Positions 17,210 to 27,248 of a DNA stretch of 64,000 bases are shown here, piece by piece. The notes under the pieces were generated by a model. That model had not been told where the DNA came from, did not search any database, and was given only the letters and a program-made list of their open reading frames with translations. The stretch covers positions 32,001-96,000 of the forward strand of contig JBBRPR010000002.1 of the NCBI GenBank assembly GCA_038227875.1. The letters run 5' to 3'. Position numbers and translations under genes: made by a program. This stretch comes from Planctomycetota bacterium. Its GTDB lineage: Bacteria > Planctomycetota > SZUA-567 > H5-PLA8. Numbering within the stretch: position 1 is the first letter of the stretch; every line of letters starts with the position of its first letter.

Positions 17210-18858
17210 GCATCGAACTCTGCGTCGCTCCGGCCTGCGAACTGGACACCGCGATTGCCGCCTGGCGTGAACTGCTGGGAGATTCCGGCGTCACGGCTGG
17301 AAGCACGTACCGCGCCAACACTGCGGGGATAGAGCGGGAGATTCCCGCCGTGGTGATTCCGCGCAGCGCCGCGGATGTGGCCGACATCGTCCGCATTGCC
17401 GCGGGGCACCGCGTGCCGCTCTATCCGATCAGCACGGGAAAAAATTGGGGCTATGGCTGCGCCAATCCGGTCACCGACGGCTGCGCGCTCGTGGACCTTT
17501 CGCGTCTGAATAAAATTCTCAACTTCGATGCCGAACTGGGCCTGCTCACCGTCCAGCCCGGCGTCACGCAGCGCGTGCTCAAAGAATTCCTCGACGCCAA
17601 CAAGCTCCCGTTCCTGGTGCCGACCACCGGAGCCGGACCCGATGCCAGTCTGCTCGGCAACGCGATGGAACGCGGCTACGGTTTGACGCCGCACGCCGAT
17701 CACTTCGGCGCCGTGATGTCGCTAGAAGCGGTGCTGCCCAACGGCGAACTCTACCGCTCCGCGCTGACGGAAGCCGGCGGCGCGTCCGTCGACAATGCGT
17801 TCAAGTGGGGTTTGGGACCATACCTCGATGGCCTCTTCACGCAGGGCAATTTCGGCATCGTCACGCAGATTACGATTGCGTTGGCGCCCGTGCCCGAGCG
17901 CATCGAAGCGTTTTTCTTCTCCGTCGAAAAGTCTGAGCAGCTCGAAGAAGCCGTCACCGCCGTGCGCCGGATTTTGAATACCGTCGGCGGCGTCACCGGC
18001 TCGCTGAACCTGATGAACGCGCGTCGGGTGCTCTCGATGGTTGAAGCCTATCCCGCCTCGCGCGTGCCCTGCGGCGGTGTGATGCCCGATCCACTCGTGC
18101 GCGAACTTGCCGCGCGGAATCAGGTCATGGCGTGGACCGGCGTCGGGGCGCTGTACGGCACGAAGCAAGTTGTGCGCGCCGCGCGGTCGGAAATCCGCCG
18201 CGCGCTCCGGCCGTTCGCTCGCAACGTGATCTTTCTGACGCAGAGCGAAGTCCGCACGGCGCAGAAAGTCGTGAGCTGGATTCCGCTGCTGCGCGATTCG
18301 CGCGTGGCGAAAATGCTGCAGCGCATCGACGGATTTCTCGACAACGCGTCCGGCCAGCCCAGCGAGATCGCACTGCCGCTGGCGTATTGGAAATCGGGAA
18401 CGCTGCCCCAAAAAGGCACGCCGCTCAATCCTGCTCGCGACGGTTGCGGACTGCTCTGGTACGCGCCGCTGATTCCGATGAAAGCCGAGCGCGTCCGCGC
18501 GTACGTGGAACTGGTCACACGCATCTGCGTTGAACACGGGATGGAACCGCTGATCACGCTGACCAGTCTTTCCAACCGCTGCTTCGACAGCACCGTGCCG
18601 CTGCTTTACAACAAAGACAACCCCGACGAATCCGCGCGCGCCCACGCCTGCTTTGACGCGCTCTTCCGCGCCGGCCAGGCCGAAGGCTTCCTGCCCTACC
18701 GGATGGGCGTGCAGTCGATGCATCACGTCGTCGACGCGGATAAGCCGTGCTGGAAACTGAGCGCAGCGATCAAGCATGCGATCGATCCCGATAACGTCAT
18801 CGCACCGGGGAGATACGCCGAAGTGAGAGCGGGTAGAAGGCAGGGGCAGGGGCAGTAG
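17206..18858 (+). CDS. VAO/p-cresol methylhydroxylase-family FAD-linked oxidoreductase (FeeG-like candidate)
   Basis: STGKNWGYG, QPGVT, GNAMERGYGLTP, LEAVLPNG, GPYLDGLFTQGNFGIVT, PYR and DPDNVIAPGR; GTGA overlap with the upstream gene. Confidence 0.88.
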   Translation: MSIELCVAPACELDTAIAAWRELLGDSGVTAGSTYRANTAGIEREIPAVVIPRSAADVADIVRIAAGHRVPLYPISTGKNWGYGCANPVTDGCALVDLSRLNKILNFDAELGLLTVQPGVTQRVLKEFLDANKLPFLVPTTGAGPDASLLGNAMERGYGLTPHADHFGAVMSLEAVLPNGELYRSALTEAGGASVDNAFKWGLGPYLDGLFTQGNFGIVTQITIALAPVPERIEAFFFSVEKSEQLEEAVTAVRRILNTVGGVTGSLNLMNARRVLSMVEAYPASRVPCGGVMPDPLVRELAARNQVMAWTGVGALYGTKQVVRAARSEIRRALRPFARNVIFLTQSEVRTAQKVVSWIPLLRDSRVAKMLQRIDGFLDNASGQPSEIALPLAYWKSGTLPQKGTPLNPARDGCGLLWYAPLIPMKAERVRAYVELVTRICVEHGMEPLITLTSLSNRCFDSTVPLLYNKDNPDESARAHACFDALFRAGQAEGFLPYRMGVQSMHHVVDADKPCWKLSAAIKHAIDPDNVIAPGRYAEVRAGRRQGQGQ

Positions 18859-19020
18859 GCGGCAGGAGTTGTGTCGCGAAATTCCTACCTTATATTGATG
18901 CTGTTCCACCTTATTAAGAAAGAAATTGACCGCGCGGAGGAACAAGGTGATAGTCACTTGTTCAGGACCGCACATGCGCGGGCAGTTGGCCTCATCTGAT
19001 CCAAACCTGGATCTGCTCCG

Positions 19021-20205
19021 ATGGCACAAAATCCACAACACATTACCGCTAAAATTCCGGCCGAAGGCAGTCAGGCGGAATTGGCTGCGGCACATGCGCA
19101 CGATCTGGCCAGCGTCACGGCGACGGTTGTCGCGATCAAGCGGATGCTCGCGCCGAACGCCACTGTCGATCTCGATGCGCTCACCGAACTCTCCACGACT
19201 TTCGATACGATCGGCAAAGACACCAGCCGGCGCCTGAATAAATGCGTGTCGTATTTGAGCGTCAACAATCTCGCGTCGGCCGTGGAGCTTTCTGAGGCGG
19301 CGCCGGCGCTCCTGGATGTACTGCGCCAAGTCGCCTCAGTGGATGCGAAAGCCTGGAACGCGCTGCTCGCCAAACACAAACGCGTGCCGCCGCCGCCGCT
19401 CAATTCGCGGCAAATGAAACAACTGGAGGACGCGTACGCGCAGCCGGAAGCGCTGGCGCTGCTGCGCAAAGCGTGTGATGCGCCGCAGCAGGCCAAGGCC
19501 AGCACGCTGGAGCGCATCGCCTCGGCGCGGCGGATGCGCCTGCTGGACCGCGGCAATCCCGATTGGATCACGCGGCTGTCAGCGCTGGAAGTGCGGCGGC
19601 AGAATGAAATTCTCGCCATCGTTTCCGCGAAGACCGCGCCGACGCACTCACTGCAGGATGCCGGCGAATTGGTTGCGGAACTCGCGCAGCCGCAATGGCT
19701 GGTTCTGCCGCCGCAGAAACTGATCGAGGCGGCGAAACAGTTTCAGAATCAAATCCGCCAGCAGGAACTGGAGGAGATGCTCGATGGTGTGCTCGATAAA
19801 ATTCTCGAAGCGCGCGAGCAGCATGATTATGTCGGGATGGAGAACATCCTCCGCGACGTCAAGTCGCTGAGCGACGACGCTGGGATTCCGCCCGGGCAGC
19901 TTGAGGCGATTCAGGAAGCGCGGGACTGGCTGGCGACGCAGAACGAGAAATTTCATCAGCAGATCAACGAGCTCGAACTGCTGCTCGACGATCTCGCGCC
20001 GTCGCGGCAAGTTCGATATGTCCTGCGTGAAATTGAAGAGACCGGACGGGCGCTGCCGCCGATCATGTTTCAGCGCACGACGTCGTACCTCGCGCAGCAC
20101 GACATCGGCGAGCGGCGGCGCTCACGCCAGCTGCGTGTCGTTTTGATTCTGGTGGCGCTGGCGGCCGCTGCTGCGGCAGTTTGGTATGTGATCAACAAGG
20201 CTTAA
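19021..20205 (+). CDS. Hypothetical alpha-helical protein with a C-terminal membrane anchor
   Basis: 394-aa helical or coiled-coil composition; RRRSRQLRVVLILVALAAAAAAVWYVI at the C-terminus. Confidence 0.75.
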   Translation: MAQNPQHITAKIPAEGSQAELAAAHAHDLASVTATVVAIKRMLAPNATVDLDALTELSTTFDTIGKDTSRRLNKCVSYLSVNNLASAVELSEAAPALLDVLRQVASVDAKAWNALLAKHKRVPPPPLNSRQMKQLEDAYAQPEALALLRKACDAPQQAKASTLERIASARRMRLLDRGNPDWITRLSALEVRRQNEILAIVSAKTAPTHSLQDAGELVAELAQPQWLVLPPQKLIEAAKQFQNQIRQQELEEMLDGVLDKILEAREQHDYVGMENILRDVKSLSDDAGIPPGQLEAIQEARDWLATQNEKFHQQINELELLLDDLAPSRQVRYVLREIEETGRALPPIMFQRTTSYLAQHDIGERRRSRQLRVVLILVALAAAAAAVWYVINKA

Positions 20206-20230
20206 AGGTTCCGCTCTACGGAGGTTCGCG

Positions 20231-21073
20231 ATGCTGTCATGGGAACTGGAAGACATTGAGCGGCGCTTGTGGTTTAAAGGCGGCAAGCAGACCAACGTCA
20301 GCCCGGTGTTGTCGCTGATCTTGGGGCTGCTGATGACGGCCGCGTTTTACGGCACGCTGCGCGTGTTTCCCGGAGCGTACTTCGCGCGCATCTGGACGGA
20401 ACTGGGCTGGGTGCCGTACGCGATCGCAATCATGTTCTTCTGGGGGCTAGCGGTATTGATTTTCAAGTGGCGCAAGCTGGCGCTGCAGAAACGCGCGCTG
20501 AACATTAGGGTTGTGCCGCTCGATTATGGCTTCGTCCTCTCCCCACAGTCGGCCGATCAGATCCTGGAGACGCTGTACAAGAGCGTGCAGGATCCGGAGC
20601 GCTTCATGCTCTTCAACCGCATCCTGCGCGCCTTGTCGAATCTGAAAAATCTCGGCCGCGTCGCCGACGTCGAAATCATCATCCGCGCGCAGTCGGACAT
20701 GGATCACAACGTCCTGGAAAGTTCGTACACGATTCTCAAGGGCATCATCTGGGCCATGCCGGTGCTCGGCTTTATCGGCACGGTGCTGGGCTTGTCGGAA
20801 GCGATCGGCGGCTTCGGTTCGGTGCTCGCGGCGGGGGGCGAATTGTCGGCGCTGCGCGATTCGCTGCGCGGCGTCGTTGCGGGATTGTCAGTGGCGTTCG
20901 GGACCACGTTCGAAGGGCTGATCACCACGCTGGTGCTGCAGATTGTCTTGAGCTTCTTTCGCAAGGCCGAGGAGGAATTTCACGAGGCGTGCGACGATTA
21001 CTGCCATCGTTATCTCGTCAGCCGCTTGCGAATGGTGAAGCAGGAAGAGTCTGAAGTGGAGGCGGTCCACTGA
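20231..21073 (+). CDS. MotA/TolQ/ExbB proton channel family protein
   Basis: MPVLGFIGTVLG and GLSVAFGTT motifs; four hydrophobic segments; GGAGG SD. Confidence 0.9.
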   Translation: MLSWELEDIERRLWFKGGKQTNVSPVLSLILGLLMTAAFYGTLRVFPGAYFARIWTELGWVPYAIAIMFFWGLAVLIFKWRKLALQKRALNIRVVPLDYGFVLSPQSADQILETLYKSVQDPERFMLFNRILRALSNLKNLGRVADVEIIIRAQSDMDHNVLESSYTILKGIIWAMPVLGFIGTVLGLSEAIGGFGSVLAAGGELSALRDSLRGVVAGLSVAFGTTFEGLITTLVLQIVLSFFRKAEEEFHEACDDYCHRYLVSRLRMVKQEESEVEAVH

Positions 21074-21777
21074 TGCGAACCGACGGCGGCGCCAAAGTTT
21101 CGTTTCTCTTCTTCATCGACATCATGATGTGTATCAGCGGTGTGATGCTGTTCGTGATCATGCTGCTGATCCTCGACTTGTCGAATGGCGTGGGCTTGAC
21201 GGCCGGCGCGGAGAACGAAGCGAAGGCGGCCGTGCCGGAGTTGCACAAACAGATCGAAGCGCTTCAGCCGAAACTGGATGAACTGAAGCGCGCGGCGGAT
21301 GCGCCACCGGTGCCGGCGTTGCCTGTCGTAACCTTCAGCCCGGAGCAGACGGCCGAGCAGGAGAAAAAACTCGCGCAGCTTGAGAAGCAGCGCGCGGAAA
21401 TGGACGCGAAGATCGCGGACCTGAAGAAAAAGAAGGAAACGCAGAAGCCCGGCGGCGATTTTTCGATCGTTACATTTGAAATGCCCAACGACGACAGCAA
21501 ACGGCCGATGGTGGTCGTGGAATGCGCGCCGGATCGCTACACGGTTCAAGCTCCGGGTGGTCAGCCGCACGACATTACCTCCGAAGATCTGGAATCGCGG
21601 CTGGCGGAGGTGCTGCAATTGCTCTCGGCGTACGATGCGGAAAAGATTTCGGTGCTGGTGGTGGTGAAGCCCTCGGAATTCAAGAACGGGCGCATCGTGG
21701 TGAGTTCGTTGCGGAAACTGAAGTACCAGACCGGCATCGAGCCGATCACGGAAAATCAGTCAGCAATCAAGCGGTAA
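21073..21777 (+). CDS. ExbD/TolR-like bitopic protein with coiled coil
   Basis: N-terminal TM FIDIMMCISGVMLFVIMLL with Asp, a coiled coil, and C-terminal VLVVVKPS...GIEP; TGATG coupling. Confidence 0.6.
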   Translation: MRTDGGAKVSFLFFIDIMMCISGVMLFVIMLLILDLSNGVGLTAGAENEAKAAVPELHKQIEALQPKLDELKRAADAPPVPALPVVTFSPEQTAEQEKKLAQLEKQRAEMDAKIADLKKKKETQKPGGDFSIVTFEMPNDDSKRPMVVVECAPDRYTVQAPGGQPHDITSEDLESRLAEVLQLLSAYDAEKISVLVVVKPSEFKNGRIVVSSLRKLKYQTGIEPITENQSAIKR

Positions 21778-21880
21778 GGCAGCCCGTGGATTGACTCTTG
21801 TCCGACGCCGCGAAACGCCTTTAATGCCAGGCGTTTCACGGAGAACCCAGACGAAATTCACTCTTTTGGCGGGCTGCTAT

Positions 21881-22675
21881 ATGGCGCGTAGAAAAGTAGC
21901 GGAAGACGACGACAGCCTCGAGCTGTTCCTGAGCACCTCCTGCGACTCGTTCGGTGGGATCGTGTTCATCATGCTGCTGATCTGCCTGCTGCCGACGAAG
22001 AAGCTCGACAACCTGATCGCCGAACGCGATCGCGCGCGGGCGCAGTTGGCGCAGATTCAGTCGGAGATCGACAAGCTGCAGGACCGTGCGAAGCTCGCGT
22101 CGGCCCATGCTCCAAAACCGAAGGCCGATCCGCCGCCTCTTCAGGCCCAGCTGGCATCCGCGGAGAACGAGTTGAAGGTCCGCGAGCTGGAACGCACGGA
22201 GTTGGAAGCCTCGCTGGCGGAAGCGCCGCCCAAGCCCAAACCCGGAGGAGAACTGCGCTACACGCGGCGGCCGTATTTGCACGAGGTCGACAAGCAGACG
22301 TTTCCGATCGTGATTTTCGAAAACAAGGTGATGCTGCCGCAGGCGGGCAAGGATTTTCATCTGAACGAAGAGGATTTCGAACTCGTCCGCCTGCCCAAGA
22401 TCATGCAGTTCAAACCGCTCTCGGGAAAAGGCGTCGACACGAAGACGTGGCTCAAGTCTGCGGACGGGTTGAGAGATGTCACCGACCGGTTGCCGCGGGA
22501 TAAAATCGTCGTGAACATTCTGCTCTATCCCGACAGCGTCGCCAGCTTTGAAGCGGTGCGTTCGGCTTTCACGGCGCAGGGGTACGACTACAATTGGATG
22601 CCGTTGGCCCCCACCGAGCCGGTCAATCTGGCGACCGGTGGCGGATCGGGGACGACCAAGAACGACGCGCAGTGA
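21881..22675 (+). CDS. Second ExbD/TolR-like bitopic protein with coiled coil
   Basis: MARRK...SLELFLSTSCDSFGGIVFIMLLI TM, a coiled coil, and C-terminal ILLYPDS...GYDYNWMP. Confidence 0.6.
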   Translation: MARRKVAEDDDSLELFLSTSCDSFGGIVFIMLLICLLPTKKLDNLIAERDRARAQLAQIQSEIDKLQDRAKLASAHAPKPKADPPPLQAQLASAENELKVRELERTELEASLAEAPPKPKPGGELRYTRRPYLHEVDKQTFPIVIFENKVMLPQAGKDFHLNEEDFELVRLPKIMQFKPLSGKGVDTKTWLKSADGLRDVTDRLPRDKIVVNILLYPDSVASFEAVRSAFTAQGYDYNWMPLAPTEPVNLATGGGSGTTKNDAQ

Positions 22676-22834
22676 ACAGCTGCAGGCGGAACGCCTGCGC
22701 CACAATTTTACTCGCGTTGGAATATAAAATGCTTCCGGTATGATGCGCAGATCGCTTAAGACGCCCCACCGACTGAAATTCGACTGATTATCGGCGCGGC
22801 GGCTCGAAATGACTCGTGTGGGAGTATTTTTGGT

Positions 22835-23383
22835 ATGACAGACGCGGCGTCCAGTCCGATCAGTCCAGCCTCACCCGAGGCGGTGCATCCGCCCGAAGCG
22901 CCGATTTTTTCGGGGTCGGTTTCGCTGTGGATGGGATTCAAGACGTTTGTGATGGTTGGGCTGCTGGAAATTCTCGCGGTTGCCGCGCTGATTTACAGTC
23001 TGACGCAGACGGGGAATTTCAAGCAGGTGCTGCTGATCGGCGGCGTGGCGCTGCTGCTGGCGACCAATATGATGCTGATGTACATCATCGGGCGGATCCG
23101 CAGCCAGCGCTACACGATCACCCGCAAACTGGTGGAACGCGAGCAGGGCCTGGTGGTGAAGCGCGTCGATTCGCTCGACCTGGCGCGCGTGAAAGACGTG
23201 GAGCTGACACAGTCTTTTCTCGACCGCACGCTGAATATCGGCACGATCGAATTGATTTCCGCCGACCGGCTCAATCCTGACATGCGCATCGAAGCGATTC
23301 CCAATCCGCGGCCCATTTATGAAGGGCTGCGCGACGCGGTGATCGCGATCAATCAACGGCGCGGGATCGTGACTTCGGAATGA
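22835..23383 (+). CDS. Bacterial PH-domain (bPH_2) membrane protein
   Basis: Two TMs, then YTITRK...EQGL...LARVKDV...QSFLDR...IGTI. Confidence 0.8.
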   Translation: MTDAASSPISPASPEAVHPPEAPIFSGSVSLWMGFKTFVMVGLLEILAVAALIYSLTQTGNFKQVLLIGGVALLLATNMMLMYIIGRIRSQRYTITRKLVEREQGLVVKRVDSLDLARVKDVELTQSFLDRTLNIGTIELISADRLNPDMRIEAIPNPRPIYEGLRDAVIAINQRRGIVTSE

Positions 23384-23757
23384 AAGTTTTCTTCCGCGTG
23401 ATGCTCTCGGCGCTGGTGGTCTTCGCCGGCGTGTTGCATTTCGTTCATCCCGAGCCGTTCGTGGCGATCGTGCCGGCGTTTTTGCCGGCGCCGCTGGCGT
23501 TGGTTTACATCAGCGGCTTTTTCGAAATCCTGGGCGGCATCGGCTTGCAGATTCCGCGCGTGCAGCGCGCAGCGGCGTGGGGATTGGTCGCGTTGTTCAT
23601 CGCGGTATTTCCGGCCAACGTTTACATGGCCATCTACCACGTGCCGTTTAATGGCGCTGTGTATCCGATCATGGGCTGGGTGCGCTTGCCGCTGCAGGCG
23701 GTGCTGGTGTATTGGGCCTATGTCTTCACCAAACCGACCCCCTCGACTCAAAACTAG
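23380..23757 (+). CDS. DoxX-like membrane protein
   Basis: AGVLHF..PE.F..IVP, SGFFEILGG, VFPANVYMA and RLPLQ. Confidence 0.85.
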   Translation: MKVFFRVMLSALVVFAGVLHFVHPEPFVAIVPAFLPAPLALVYISGFFEILGGIGLQIPRVQRAAAWGLVALFIAVFPANVYMAIYHVPFNGAVYPIMGWVRLPLQAVLVYWAYVFTKPTPSTQN

Positions 23758-24007
23758 ACCATACTTCCTGCCATAAATCCGCTACCGGACCCGCCTTGCC
23801 TGATTTTCAGAAAAGTCGCGCCATAGTGTAGTACCGCGGTGTACTTGGTTCTATGGCTAGGCCAAGATTTAAAATCACATGTGAATCTTGTAATCTGTTT
23901 AATAAAAATGGGTTAACGTACTTCTTTCGAATGCATTGGCTGGGAAAATGACTGACATAAAGCCATCTGGTTCCGGCTTCGAATGGGCATTGCGAGGACG
24001 ATTGATC

Positions 24008-27000
24008 ATGTCGAATGTGTGGATGGGTGTAGCGCTTTCACTGCTGGCAGTGTGCGGCGTTGCGTGTGCCGAAGAGGGCGGGGGAGCCGCGCACTTTTCG
24101 TGGCAGGAACCTCACGCCAAAGTGCTGCCCAGCGGCGGATTGGAATGGGCGCCAAAGCCATTCGTCTTCGAGAAGGGCGACTCGCTGCGCTACATCGACT
24201 TTGAAGCCGGCGACGACACGAAAGACGGCGCGTCGCAACAGACCGCGTGGAAGCATCATCCGTGGGACGCCAACGCCACGGGCGTGGCCAAGGCCTGCAA
24301 GGGCATTCAGACGTACGTGTTCAAAGGCGGCGTGATTTATCGCGGCGCGCTGGTCGTCGCCGAATCGGGGGCGCCGGGCAATCCCATTCGATTGACGTCC
24401 GATCCGGCGTGGGGCAAGGGAGAGGCGCTGTTCTATGGTTCGACACAGATTAAAGGCGGCTGGAAGAAGGGCAGCTCCGAAGAAGCGCCGGAGATCCCGA
24501 AGCCGGAGATCGTCTGGTATAACGACGTCGGCAAGGACTACGATCCGGATCCCGACCACGTCAAGTTCTCGTCGCTCTGGCAGGTCAGCGGCGACAAAGT
24601 CGAACGCATGCACATTGCCCGTGAACCCAACTACGATCTCGTCGATCCGAACAATCCCGTGAAGAGTTGGCCGACCTGGAGCGGCTTTGATCCGAAGACG
24701 TCGACGCTGACCTCACCGGCGCTGAAAAATCTGGGCGAGAAGAATCTGTTCAACGGCGCGGTGCTGTGGAGCGAGAGCGATTTCCTGATGGGCGCGGCGG
24801 TCTCGCGGCCGATGTCGGGCTATGTGTACAATCCCGAAGCTGGTTCGATAACGAGCAAGGAAATCTCGCCGCACTGGTTCAGCCGCATCCCGCACAACAA
24901 AGTTCATTTCATGATCGAGAACGTTGCCAAGTTTCTCGACGTACCCGGCGAATACTTTTTCGCGGTCAACGGTCCGAAAGCCGGACGCCTGTACGTCATT
25001 CCACCCGGCGGAGTCGACCCGAACACCGTCGTGTACGAAGTGGCGCAGACACGCTTTCCGATCTATATCGCCGACCAGCATGACATCACCATCAGCGGAC
25101 TGGAATTCCGCTACAACGATCCCGACGACGGCTCGGCACACGATTATTACGTGGGCTGCGGCGGTCCGTCGCCGTGCGTCCGCGTGCTGGGCAACTGCAC
25201 CAATCTGACGGTCAAGAATTGCAAATTTTATCACGTCGCCAACGCCATCGTGACCACGCTGCGGGCCGATGGCGATAATGCGCCGACCAACGACAAGGTG
25301 ATGGACAATATCATTATCACCGACAACGACATTCTGCACTCCGAACGCGGCGGCACGATTTCGATCAACGGCGACAGCCAGCGCGCGAAGGGCGCCGCCT
25401 ACGGGCAGCTCAAGCATGTCGAGATTCTGCGCAATCGCGTGGTTGATACGGGCTTCCGCTGCGGCTACAGCCCGTGGACCTCAATTCCGGCGATTTCCTT
25501 GAGCGACTGCGTCACCTGCGAGATCGCAGGCAACATCGTCGACACGAGTTTCGGCAACGGCATCATCACCTATGGCGGGAAGAGCTCCGGCGGAACCAAT
25601 TTTGTGCCGCTGACGCGCATGTACGTTCATCACAACCAGATCGACAACAGCATGCTGGGCTGCAACGACTACGGCGGCCTGGAACACTTTCAGGGCGGCC
25701 CGGTTTACCTCTACAACAACGTCGTTCACAACTGCATCGGCAACCGGACGCTGGGTGTGGAACTCGGCTACAGCCTCTACCTCGACGGCGGCTTCAAATG
25801 CTATTCCTTCAACAACATCCTGGCAGGGCTGGTGAAAGCAGGCGAGCCCGACTACTACAACAACTGTGGTTACTTCATGGTCTTCGGATTCATGGATCAG
25901 CTCTTTAACAACACGATCTTTCACTTCAACAACGCGTTGGATGGCAGTTCCGGAAATCGCTCGAACATCCTGGGCAACCTGATGGTGGATTGCAAAAACT
26001 CGTTCATCAGCCAGAACCGGCAAGGCGACGTGTCGATGGTGGCCGGCGGCGATACCGGCGCGATGGGACGCATGGGCATTCCGACCATGTCCTACGCGAG
26101 CAACGTTTATTTCGGAAAGCCGAAAGATTTCGGCTGCGTCGCCGGCACGGGAAACCTGGGCGGCGCCAAAGCTCCTGTTGTCCCCGGCAAAACGCTGGAA
26201 GAACTGCGCGACAAGTTGCAGGGCGAGAAATGCCGGCTCGGCACGCTCGGCTGGCACGTGACCGACGCGCCGCTGGCGGACCCGGTCAAGAAGGACTATC
26301 GGCTCACCGCCAATTCCGGCGCAAAGGAACGCGGCGTGAAGTACTTCGTTCCGTTCGCGCTGGCGCGCAACGTCGGTGAGTGGAATTTCTTCAAGAGCGC
26401 CTCGAGCCCGCAGGTCGTCCTGGGTGAAGGGTTCTACATGACCGACGAATACATCGGTCGCGACATGTACTACTTCATTCCGCGCAACGATCTGACTGTC
26501 TCCGAATGCAAGGCGGAAGATTATGTGGCCGGCACGCTCGAGGACTGGATCGAAGGCGCGCTGGTCTTCGACGGCAAGGACCGCGTGGCAACGCTGTCGC
26601 ATGCCGAGATGACCAAGAACATGGAATACCCTGGCAAGAACAATACGAAGATTCAGTACGATGGTTCCAAGCGCGAAACGCTGGACATGGCCGCCAATAA
26701 TTTCCTGATCGAAACCGTGTTCAAAACGGAAGCCGGTCAAACGAAGGGCGTGCTCGCGTCGAAAATGGCGCAGTCGGGCTACGAACTGGCGGTGGGTGCC
26801 GAAGGCGCTGTGACGCTGACGATCCAGGCCGGCGAGGCGAAAGCGACGGCGGCTTCGACGGCGAAAATCAACGACGGCAAGTGGCATCACGTCATTGCGG
26901 AAGTCGACCGCGCGGCCGGCAAGGCGACGTTCTATGTTGACGGCAAAGCGGCTGGCGAGGGGAAGCTCGACGGCGTTGCCAAGGATGCGGCGCTGTCGAA

Positions 27001-27196
27001 CGTGGCAGATTTTGTGGTGGGCAAGGGTTTCGCCGGAGCGATGGATTTCCTGCGCGTCTGCCGCGGCACGCTGGCCGAATCGCAGACGACGATCGGCGAA
27101 GTGTACGCCTGGGAATTTGACGGGCCGTTCTTGAAGGACTTCACCGGAAAGGCTCCGGCCGATGGCAAGCGCGACGCGGGAGCCATTGGGAGATAG
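24008..27196 (+). CDS. Large secreted right-handed beta-helix protein with C-terminal LamG-like domain (putative polysaccharide lyase/hydrolase)
   Basis: Signal peptide; repeated NN/HHN/YNNV beta-helix coils; INDGKWHHV...YVDGK LamG motif. The ORF is open from 23936. Confidence 0.8.
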   Translation: MSNVWMGVALSLLAVCGVACAEEGGGAAHFSWQEPHAKVLPSGGLEWAPKPFVFEKGDSLRYIDFEAGDDTKDGASQQTAWKHHPWDANATGVAKACKGIQTYVFKGGVIYRGALVVAESGAPGNPIRLTSDPAWGKGEALFYGSTQIKGGWKKGSSEEAPEIPKPEIVWYNDVGKDYDPDPDHVKFSSLWQVSGDKVERMHIAREPNYDLVDPNNPVKSWPTWSGFDPKTSTLTSPALKNLGEKNLFNGAVLWSESDFLMGAAVSRPMSGYVYNPEAGSITSKEISPHWFSRIPHNKVHFMIENVAKFLDVPGEYFFAVNGPKAGRLYVIPPGGVDPNTVVYEVAQTRFPIYIADQHDITISGLEFRYNDPDDGSAHDYYVGCGGPSPCVRVLGNCTNLTVKNCKFYHVANAIVTTLRADGDNAPTNDKVMDNIIITDNDILHSERGGTISINGDSQRAKGAAYGQLKHVEILRNRVVDTGFRCGYSPWTSIPAISLSDCVTCEIAGNIVDTSFGNGIITYGGKSSGGTNFVPLTRMYVHHNQIDNSMLGCNDYGGLEHFQGGPVYLYNNVVHNCIGNRTLGVELGYSLYLDGGFKCYSFNNILAGLVKAGEPDYYNNCGYFMVFGFMDQLFNNTIFHFNNALDGSSGNRSNILGNLMVDCKNSFISQNRQGDVSMVAGGDTGAMGRMGIPTMSYASNVYFGKPKDFGCVAGTGNLGGAKAPVVPGKTLEELRDKLQGEKCRLGTLGWHVTDAPLADPVKKDYRLTANSGAKERGVKYFVPFALARNVGEWNFFKSASSPQVVLGEGFYMTDEYIGRDMYYFIPRNDLTVSECKAEDYVAGTLEDWIEGALVFDGKDRVATLSHAEMTKNMEYPGKNNTKIQYDGSKRETLDMAANNFLIETVFKTEAGQTKGVLASKMAQSGYELAVGAEGAVTLTIQAGEAKATAASTAKINDGKWHHVIAEVDRAAGKATFYVDGKAAGEGKLDGVAKDAALSNVADFVVGKGFAGAMDFLRVCRGTLAESQTTIGEVYAWEFDGPFLKDFTGKAPADGKRDAGAIGR

Positions 27197-27248
27197 GACG
27201 ATAGAAAGATTGGGCGACAGTCTTTAAAACAGTGGCCAGAGGGCGACG

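Noticed and set aside
20231..22675. Zorya (ZorAB) defence system or flagellar MotAB
   Set aside because: No long ZorA tail, no OmpA-like domain in the small subunits, and no ZorC/D/E or flagellar genes.
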